Below, piece by piece: positions 35,476 through 42,678 of a DNA stretch of 64,000 nucleotides. Each line of letters begins with the position of its first letter. Position 1 is the first letter of the stretch. The DNA comes from Candidatus Eiseniibacteriota bacterium (GTDB taxonomy: Bacteria; Eisenbacteria; RBG-16-71-46; SZUA-252). Below the pieces are notes generated by a model. It searched no databases. It was not told where the DNA came from and saw nothing but the letters and a program-made list of their open reading frames with translations. The position numbers and the translations under genes were made by a program. The stretch lies in NCBI GenBank assembly GCA_963703225.1, contig OY969801.1, forward strand, positions 1,792,001 through 1,856,000, written 5' to 3'.

Positions 35476-35922
35476 ATGAACTCGGTACGATTTCTAGTCC
35501 GACCGATGAGGATCGAGGACGCCGGCGCCGCCGCGCGCCTCGCGACGCAGCTCGGGTATCCCTCCACCGCCGAGCAGATCGAGCGCCGCTTCCGGGCGCT
35601 CGAGAGATCCGAGGACGCCCGCGTCTTCATCGCCGAGGACCCGGGCGGGAGCCCGGTGGGGTGGGTCCACGTGTTCGGGCGACGGCTTCTCGAATCCGAT
35701 CCCGACGCGGAAGTCGGCGGGTTGGTGGTGGACGAGACGGCGCGCGGCCGCGGCATCGGCAAGGCGCTCATGGCGTCGGCCGAGGCGTGGGCGCGCGAGC
35801 GCGGGTATGGGATCGTCTCGATCCGCTCCAACGTGATCCGCACCGAGGCCCACGAGTTCTACAAGGGCCTCGGCTACGAAGTCCTGAAATCGCAGTACAA
35901 GCTGCGCAAGAGGCTTTCCTAA
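35476..35922 (+). CDS. GNAT family N-acetyltransferase
   Basis: LVVDETARGRGIGKALM (motif A), AHEFYKGLGY. Confidence 0.92.
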   Translation: MNSVRFLVRPMRIEDAGAAARLATQLGYPSTAEQIERRFRALERSEDARVFIAEDPGGSPVGWVHVFGRRLLESDPDAEVGGLVVDETARGRGIGKALMASAEAWARERGYGIVSIRSNVIRTEAHEFYKGLGYEVLKSQYKLRKRLS

Positions 35923-36055
35923 GCGAAGCCAGCGCTGGCCAACCGGATTGCAAACAGCGTGTCCGGAGCGACCTGGCGGACTTCAGAGGGGTCCCGGTAC
36001 CCCCGCTTCTGCTGATCCCGCCGCGCGATCCAGCGAGGCTGGCTCGATCCACCCA

Positions 36056-36071
36056 TGGCACGACGATTGCT
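36056..36071 (+). promoter_or_regulatory. sigma-54 (RpoN) promoter -24/-12
   Basis: TGGCACGACGATTGCT matches the TGGCACG-N4-TTGCW consensus with exact GG-N10-GC spacing, ~35-50 nt upstream of the operon start. Confidence 0.8.
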
Positions 36072-36104
36072 CAATCTAGAACCACTTAACCCCATGCCAT
36101 CACG

Positions 36105-37463
36105 TTGTCAGGAGTCGCCATGACGTTCGATTCAACGACGATCATGGTGGTCGCGTCGCTCGGCGCGGTCGCGGTCGCCGGCTTTGCTTTGGAGGCCCGA
36201 CGCCAGCGTTCGGCCCGCAAGGCGTTCGCCCGCACCACCGAACGAGGAGGAGGGGACCCTCCCTCGCTCTACCCCAAGATCGATCCCGCACTCTGCGTCG
36301 GCTGTGGAGGTTGCGTGGAGGCCTGCCCGGAGGACGACGTGCTCCGGGTGGTCGACGGCCGGGCGCGACTCGTGAACGCCTCCCACTGCGTCGGACACGG
36401 CCGCTGCAAGACCGCCTGCCCCACCAACGCGATCGAGCTGGTCTTTGGAACAGCCACCCGCGGCGTCACGGTACCCCTCCTGGGCGAGGATCTTCAAACC
36501 AGCGTTCGGGGCATTTACGTCGCCGGAGAGCTGGGCGGGCTTGGACTGATCCGCACAGCGGTGAACCAGGGCGTTCAGGTCGTCGAGGGCTTGAGCGCCG
36601 GGCTCAGCCGGGGGCGTAACGGAGAGGCGACGGACGTCGTGATTGTCGGTGCCGGGCCCGCCGGAATCGCGGCCGCTCTGGCCTGCCGTGAGCGCGGGCT
36701 CAGCCACGCGATCCTGGATCAGGAAGGCCTCGGAGGCAGCGTCCATCACTACCCGCGGCGCAAGCTTGTCATGACCTCCCCCGTTCGGCTCCCGGTGGTC
36801 GGGACGATGAATTTCAAGGAGATCACCAAGGAAGCGCTCTACGAATTCTGGACCGACGTCGTCCACAAGGCCGGCATCGAGCTTCGCGCGCCGTCGCGCG
36901 TCGCATCCATCGAGCGGGATGGAGAGCACTTTCGGGTCATCGCCGGCACGGGAGAAGTGCGCGCCCGCCGCGTCGTGCTGGCGATCGGCCGCCGCGGCAC
37001 GCCGAGGAAGCTCGGTGTCCCCGGCGAGGAGAGTCCGGCCGTTGCCTATCGCCTGATCGAACCCGAGCAGTACACCAGGCAGCGCGTTCTCGTGGTCGGC
37101 GGCGGGAACAGTGCCGTCGAAGCCGCCGTCTCGCTGGCGGAAGCAGGCGCCCAGACCGTGCTGAGCTACCGGGGAGACCGTCTCTCGCGGGTGGCCGAAG
37201 CGAATCAGGCGAAGCTCGAGGCCCTCCGCGGGCCGAGACTTCAAATATTGCTCGGCTCGGAAGTTCGATCGATCGAGCCCCAGCGCGCGCTTCTGGAGGA
37301 TTCGCATGGCGAGCGGTGGATTCCGAACGACTATGTCTTCGTGCTGATCGGCGGGGACCTCCCCACACAGTTCCTCGAGAAGATCGGGATCGCGACCACT
37401 ACCTACTACGGCGAGCCGCCGCGCGCCCCCCACGCTGTGGCTCCGGAAGCGAGGGCGTCGTGA
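36105..37463 (+). CDS. Membrane-anchored 2x[4Fe-4S] ferredoxin fused to an FAD/NAD(P)H oxidoreductase (TrxR/YpdA/FNR-like)
   Basis: N-terminal TM; CVGCGGCVEACP and CVGHGRCKTACP; IYVAGELGG; IVGAGPAG; LAIGRRG; VVGGGNSA; SYRG; probable start ATG 36120 after AGGAG. Confidence 0.85.
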   Translation: MSGVAMTFDSTTIMVVASLGAVAVAGFALEARRQRSARKAFARTTERGGGDPPSLYPKIDPALCVGCGGCVEACPEDDVLRVVDGRARLVNASHCVGHGRCKTACPTNAIELVFGTATRGVTVPLLGEDLQTSVRGIYVAGELGGLGLIRTAVNQGVQVVEGLSAGLSRGRNGEATDVVIVGAGPAGIAAALACRERGLSHAILDQEGLGGSVHHYPRRKLVMTSPVRLPVVGTMNFKEITKEALYEFWTDVVHKAGIELRAPSRVASIERDGEHFRVIAGTGEVRARRVVLAIGRRGTPRKLGVPGEESPAVAYRLIEPEQYTRQRVLVVGGGNSAVEAAVSLAEAGAQTVLSYRGDRLSRVAEANQAKLEALRGPRLQILLGSEVRSIEPQRALLEDSHGERWIPNDYVFVLIGGDLPTQFLEKIGIATTTYYGEPPRAPHAVAPEARAS

Positions 37464-38395
37464 GCGCGACCACCCAGGCCGCCGCGGCGCTTGCTCCTGG
37501 CCGCCCGCGAGTTCGGCCGATGGCCCGGCCGTCGGCCCGGGTCCGCTATACGCTGTACACCGTCTTCTTCTTGATTTGGAGTGCGCTCTTCGCCTACGGC
37601 TTCGGGTATTACAACCTCGGCTTCGCCGACCGGCTGCGCTCGTCGTTTCACACCCAGCTAAGGCCGAGCGGCGAGCTCGGCCTGCTCTACGGCTATGTCG
37701 GGGCGGCGATCCTGCTTCTCCTCCTCCTCTATTCGGTCCGCAAGCGTGTCCGCGCGCTCCACGGTCTGGGCAAGTTGAGCCGCTGGTTGAACGTGCACAT
37801 CTTCTTCGGGATCGCCGGGCCGATGATGATCACGCTCCACGCGGGTTTTCACGTCACCGGAGCGATCGCCATCGGCTACTGGGCGATGATCGGCGTCATG
37901 CTCAGCGGGTTCGTCGGCTACTACCTGCTCCGCCAGGTCGGCGGCGCCCTGTCGGAGACCGAAGACGCCTCGCACATGCTCACGGAGGAGCTGGAAGCGC
38001 TCGACCGCGAGCTTACGGAACGGTTCGCGTTCACGCCTTCCGACATGGCGGCGCTACGGTTCCGGTCGGGCAGCGCCCGCGCCGAACGAATGGGCGCGGT
38101 CACCAGCCTTTTCTACCTCCTCGGGCACGACGTTCTTGGAATCCTCGACTCTCTGGGACTCCTTCCGACGAGCGCGGCCGAGACGCGCCTGCGGCCGTTC
38201 GATCGGAGACTCCTGCGCGCTCTCACCCGCCGTCATCTGGCGATCGAGCGGCGGCGGGCCTTTCTGCGCCAGACCAGCGCGCTGTTCCACTACTGGCATA
38301 CGATTCACAAGCCGTTCACGTTCGTGCTGTTCATCATGATGGGCATCCACATTGGGGTCGCGGTATGGCTAGGTTATGCCCTCCCTCGTCCGTGA
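37460..38395 (+). CDS. Integral membrane protein, putative di-heme b cytochrome (ferric-reductase-like TM module)
   Basis: ~5 TM helices; HIFFGIAGPMMITLH and HKPFTFVLFIMMGIH, each H-x13-H; GTGA overlap with the upstream gene. Confidence 0.7.
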   Translation: MSATTQAAAALAPGRPRVRPMARPSARVRYTLYTVFFLIWSALFAYGFGYYNLGFADRLRSSFHTQLRPSGELGLLYGYVGAAILLLLLLYSVRKRVRALHGLGKLSRWLNVHIFFGIAGPMMITLHAGFHVTGAIAIGYWAMIGVMLSGFVGYYLLRQVGGALSETEDASHMLTEELEALDRELTERFAFTPSDMAALRFRSGSARAERMGAVTSLFYLLGHDVLGILDSLGLLPTSAAETRLRPFDRRLLRALTRRHLAIERRRAFLRQTSALFHYWHTIHKPFTFVLFIMMGIHIGVAVWLGYALPRP

Positions 38396-39872
38396 AGGCG
38401 TCGTGCGGCTTGCCCGCGCGGCCGCGATGGGGGCGCTCCTGATGGCCCCGGCGACGGCGCGCGCGCAGTTCTCGCCCGGGCCGCTCTCCAGCGCCCACGA
38501 GCCGATCGACCGCCCGACGGCCTGCCTGGAGTGTCACGAGCCGAAGCGCGCCACGACGCCGGTCCGGTGCCTCGCATGCCACAAGCCCTTGGGGGCCCGC
38601 ATCGCGGCGCAGCGCGGGTATCACGGAAGGGATCACGCTCGATCGGTCGAATGCGCTTCGTGTCATCCGGAGCATGGCGGGCGCGGAGCTGCGCTGGTGC
38701 GTTGGCCGGACAGCCGCGAGAAATTCGATCACTCGCTCACCGGGTATGTCCTCACCGGGAGCCACGCGACGCTCCCATGCAACTCCTGCCACATCCCATC
38801 GCTCGTTCGGGCGGCCGACGTCCGCGCCGCGAAGGATCTCAAGCTCCAGACGACCTACCTCGGGCTCTCCACGCGCTGCGCGGAGTGCCACGGCGACATC
38901 CACCGGGGCCAGTTCGCGGCGCAGATCCAAAAGGCGGACTGCGCGCCGTGCCACGCCACCGAGCGCTGGAGCGGCGTGCCGGTCGACCACGCAAAGACCC
39001 AGTTTCCGCTCACCGGAAAGCACGCGACGGTCGCATGCACCCGCTGCCATTTCTCGGAGGACGACGCGGGAACGCGCGTGGCCTCCGGAACGACGAACTC
39101 CTTCGTCCGGTTTCGGCCACTGGCGCACGAGGCTTGCATCGAATGCCATGCCGACGTCCACAAGGGCCAGTACGGCACCCAATGCGCGAGATGTCACTCG
39201 ACAGCGGGTTGGACGTCGATCGCGATGGGCGCGTTCGATCACGACAAGACGCGCTATCCGCTCCGTGGCCTCCATCGAGGCGTCGACTGCGCCAAGTGCC
39301 ACACGACCGGAGACTTCAAGAAGCACGTCGCCTTCGCCCAGTGTACCGACTGCCATCAGGACCGGCACTCCGGTCAGCTCGTGAAGAGCCCCAGCCGCGG
39401 AGTCTGCGAAGCCTGCCACTCGGTCGAGGGATTCACGCCCGCCCGGTTCGGCACCCCGGAGCACGAGAAGACGCGCTTCCCGCTTCGCGGGGCCCACCTC
39501 GCGGTGGCGTGCAACGCCTGCCACAAGGTCACCGCCGCCGACGCGCCGCCGGGAAGCGTGCGATTCCGCTTGAGCGCCGGCGCGTGCGCCGACTGCCACA
39601 GTGACGAGCACGCCGGCCAGTTTGCCAGCTCGGCGGGGGGATCGGACTGCCGGCGGTGCCACGGAGAGTCCGCCTGGCGGATCGCGTCGTTCGATCACGG
39701 GAAGACCCGATTCCCTCTGGATGGCGCCCACGCCAAGGCCACCTGCAGGGCCTGCCACGCCGGCGTGACGATCGGGAATCGGAGGACGGTGCGGTACAGG
39801 CCGCTCGATACCGCGTGCAAGGCCTGCCACGCGACCGAGCCTCGGTCGAATGAAAAGAGGTCGATGACATGA
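38376..39872 (+). CDS. Periplasmic multiheme cytochrome c, 17 CxxCH
   Basis: Sec signal ending ARA-QF; 17 counted CxxCH motifs in repeating modules. Confidence 0.92.
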   Translation: MPSLVREGVVRLARAAAMGALLMAPATARAQFSPGPLSSAHEPIDRPTACLECHEPKRATTPVRCLACHKPLGARIAAQRGYHGRDHARSVECASCHPEHGGRGAALVRWPDSREKFDHSLTGYVLTGSHATLPCNSCHIPSLVRAADVRAAKDLKLQTTYLGLSTRCAECHGDIHRGQFAAQIQKADCAPCHATERWSGVPVDHAKTQFPLTGKHATVACTRCHFSEDDAGTRVASGTTNSFVRFRPLAHEACIECHADVHKGQYGTQCARCHSTAGWTSIAMGAFDHDKTRYPLRGLHRGVDCAKCHTTGDFKKHVAFAQCTDCHQDRHSGQLVKSPSRGVCEACHSVEGFTPARFGTPEHEKTRFPLRGAHLAVACNACHKVTAADAPPGSVRFRLSAGACADCHSDEHAGQFASSAGGSDCRRCHGESAWRIASFDHGKTRFPLDGAHAKATCRACHAGVTIGNRRTVRYRPLDTACKACHATEPRSNEKRSMT

Positions 39873-40927
39873 TTCGGATCCCCTGGGCAACCATGCTCCT
39901 GCTCGCCACCCTCTCGGTACCGGCCGCGGCCGATCCGGGCGACCTGCCCGGGTCCAAGGCGCCCACGGTCGCCAATCCGCACGGCGATCTGAAGGCCGAG
40001 TGCGAGGCCTGCCACACCGCCAAGTCGTGGAAGACCCTTCGAAAGCCGATCCTGTTCCAGCACGCGACCACGGGATTCCCGCTCGAAGGACGACACGCGT
40101 CGGCGGAATGCGTCGCCTGCCATCGCTCGCTCGAATTCTCGCGTGTGGCCACGAGCTGCAACGACTGCCATCACGACATCCATGAGGGCCGAAGCGGCAC
40201 GCGTTGCCAGGACTGCCACACGACCGCGAGCTGGTCCACCCGCTCCGCGGCGTTGGCCCAGCATTCCAAGACGGGATTCCCCCTTCGCGGGGTGCACGCG
40301 CTGGTGGAGTGCGCGCGGTGCCATGTCGGCTCGGGCGAGGCCAGCCACGCGCCCATATCGAGAGACTGCTACCCCTGCCACACGACCCAGTACACGTCGA
40401 CCCAGTCGCCCAACCACGTCGCCGCGGGCTTCTCGGTCCGCTGCGAAGAGTGCCACGATCCGGCGCAGGCTCGTTGGGGCGGAATGGGCTTCAATCACGC
40501 GCTCACGGGCTTCCCCCTCACGGGCGCCCATCGACTTGTCGCGTGCGCCAGCTGCCATGCCGGCGGGACCTACACCGGCACGCCGCGCAACTGCTATGGC
40601 TGTCACCAGAGTGACTTCGCGGGAACGACGAATCCAAACCACGTAGCACAGGGCTACTCCACGCAGTGCGAGACCTGTCACACCACCTCCGCCTGGCAGC
40701 CGGCCAACATCGACCACGACCGTCTCTTCTTCCGGATCAACTCCGGGCGGCACGCCGGCAAGTGGAGCGCCTGCTCGATCTGCCACCAGAACAGCGCCAG
40801 CTACGCCGAGTTCACCTGCCTTTCCTGCCACGCGCACGATCAGGGGCCGATGGACTCCCAACATCAGGGTCGTTCGGGCTACGTCTATGACAGCAACGCC
40901 TGCTATGCGTGCCATGGCCGCGTGTAG
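39869..40927 (+). CDS. Periplasmic multiheme cytochrome c, 13 CxxCH
   Basis: Sec signal ending AAA-DP; 13 counted CxxCH motifs; ATGA overlap with the previous gene. Confidence 0.92.
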   Translation: MIRIPWATMLLLATLSVPAAADPGDLPGSKAPTVANPHGDLKAECEACHTAKSWKTLRKPILFQHATTGFPLEGRHASAECVACHRSLEFSRVATSCNDCHHDIHEGRSGTRCQDCHTTASWSTRSAALAQHSKTGFPLRGVHALVECARCHVGSGEASHAPISRDCYPCHTTQYTSTQSPNHVAAGFSVRCEECHDPAQARWGGMGFNHALTGFPLTGAHRLVACASCHAGGTYTGTPRNCYGCHQSDFAGTTNPNHVAQGYSTQCETCHTTSAWQPANIDHDRLFFRINSGRHAGKWSACSICHQNSASYAEFTCLSCHAHDQGPMDSQHQGRSGYVYDSNACYACHGRV

Positions 40928-42569
40928 CGCCCTGGTCGGAATCCACCGGAGGCGGCACGCGGCCGCCCTGCTGTGGGTGACCGCGTGCCTGTTCCTGGCC
41001 GCCGCCCCCCGCGCGGTTTGGGCGGACGCCGCTCGAGTGCAATACCTATCGACCACCAATGTCTACCTCGACGCCGGCAGCGCCGAGGGCCTGGTGGACG
41101 GTGCGACCGTCACGGTGAAGCACGGCGGCAAGGAAGTGGCCCGACTCACCGTGGTCTACGTCGCCCAGCACTCGGCCTCGTGCCGGATTGAATCGTCCAC
41201 GGAGCCCGTGCGGGTAGGAGACGTTTGCTCGTTCTCGAAGACGGCGCTCTCGGACAGCGCGGGATTCCCCGGAGCCGCCCCGTCCCCTTCCGTCTCCGCG
41301 AACCCAGAACGCGAGAGAGCGGCCGGGGCAGGGGCGGAGGACCGGGCGTGGTCGCCGCCGCGCCACGTCGGCGGGCATATCATGACTCTCTACACGCGCA
41401 CCTCCGCCGAAGGCGGGAGCTACGAGAACCCCTCTGTCCTCGGAGATCTTCGATGGAGCGGTCGCCGCGAAGAACAGGTTTCGCTTCGAATCTACGCCGC
41501 GCAGCCCTCGAGCCACGCCGTCACCGATCTTCCCGGCTTGGCCTTCAACGAATCTCAGTCCCGCGTCTACGAGGCCGCGGCCCAGTACCGAGATCCAAGC
41601 GGGAGGCTCGAGGCGGCGGCTGGGAGATATCTCGCCCCGCGACTGGAGGCGCTCGGATATCTCGACGGAGCCGGGGCTTTGTGGCGCGCGCGCCCCGGCG
41701 TCGCGATCGGCTTCGCGGGTGGAAAGGGATCCGACCTCGGCGTGGCGGGCTTCAATTCGCAGGGAGCCCGAGCCGGCGGGTGGATCGAGTTCGGGAGCTC
41801 TCCGAGGGCTACGACTCTCCGCTGGCGCGCGCTTCTCTCGGGCGGGTATATGGGCGATTCCGCCATCACCCGGCGGCAGTATGTCGCGCAGCGCCTGGAT
41901 CTCTGGCCCGGCCGGAACAGCGTGATGTACCAGAGCGTCGAAGTCGACTTCAACCCGGGCTGGAAGCGCGCGCTCGGAGAGGACGCGATGACGCTCACCG
42001 CTTGGTCCGTGGGGGGAAGCTTCCGGTTCCAACCGCGACTCTGGTCGACCCTGGCCTTCGACTCTCGCCGGCCCTTGGTGCTCCCCGAGCAGCGATTCAT
42101 CCCCACGCTTCCATCTCCCGACCGGTACACGGGGCTCCACGCCTCATCCCGATACGATCTGTCGGTGGATCAATCGGTCTGGGTGGGCGGCGCCGTACGC
42201 CGCCGGGATCGAGACGGCAAGATGTATGAGTCGTGGGACGTCGGGCTGAATTCGCGGCGCCTCATCGCCCAAGACCTCTCCGGCGGCGTCCACGCCTACG
42301 GATACAACGACGGCCCCGCCCAGGGGATCAACTCCGACGCCGACCTCACCGCAAGGCTTCGCTCCTGGAGCACGCTGGAAGTATCGGGCGGGTATGGGGC
42401 CACGCTCGGGGACGCCGGGGCCGCAGGGGTGCCGCAGTACCGCTCGCGCTGGGTCCGGGCCGGCCTCGACCTGCGCGGACCGCAGGGTTCCTGGCTCCGA
42501 ATCGCGCACGAATGGCAGGGCGGCGGGCCCGGCAACGAGCTGACCGCCGAGCTCGGCTTCGCCTTCTGA
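40887..42569 (+). CDS. Predicted outer-membrane beta-barrel protein with small N-terminal beta domain
   Basis: Signal-like segment ending VWA-DA; many alternating amphipathic strands rich in Gly/aromatic residues; C-terminal ELGFAF (terminal Phe, BAM-type signal); start uncertain. Confidence 0.65.
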   Translation: MTATPAMRAMAACSALVGIHRRRHAAALLWVTACLFLAAAPRAVWADAARVQYLSTTNVYLDAGSAEGLVDGATVTVKHGGKEVARLTVVYVAQHSASCRIESSTEPVRVGDVCSFSKTALSDSAGFPGAAPSPSVSANPERERAAGAGAEDRAWSPPRHVGGHIMTLYTRTSAEGGSYENPSVLGDLRWSGRREEQVSLRIYAAQPSSHAVTDLPGLAFNESQSRVYEAAAQYRDPSGRLEAAAGRYLAPRLEALGYLDGAGALWRARPGVAIGFAGGKGSDLGVAGFNSQGARAGGWIEFGSSPRATTLRWRALLSGGYMGDSAITRRQYVAQRLDLWPGRNSVMYQSVEVDFNPGWKRALGEDAMTLTAWSVGGSFRFQPRLWSTLAFDSRRPLVLPEQRFIPTLPSPDRYTGLHASSRYDLSVDQSVWVGGAVRRRDRDGKMYESWDVGLNSRRLIAQDLSGGVHAYGYNDGPAQGINSDADLTARLRSWSTLEVSGGYGATLGDAGAAGVPQYRSRWVRAGLDLRGPQGSWLRIAHEWQGGGPGNELTAELGFAF

Positions 42570-42678
42570 TTCCCCTCGTCTGGCTCCGCGCGGCCTGACT
42601 CCACCTTGTCGGTCACGAAACTCCGTGGCATGATCTCGGGCTCGTCGCTCCACCATGCCGAGTCCTCAAGGAGGTATC

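Noticed and set aside
35936..35952. Second sigma-54-like motif TGGCCAACCGGATTGCA
   Set aside because: GG-to-GC spacing is one base too long; sigma-54 spacing is strict
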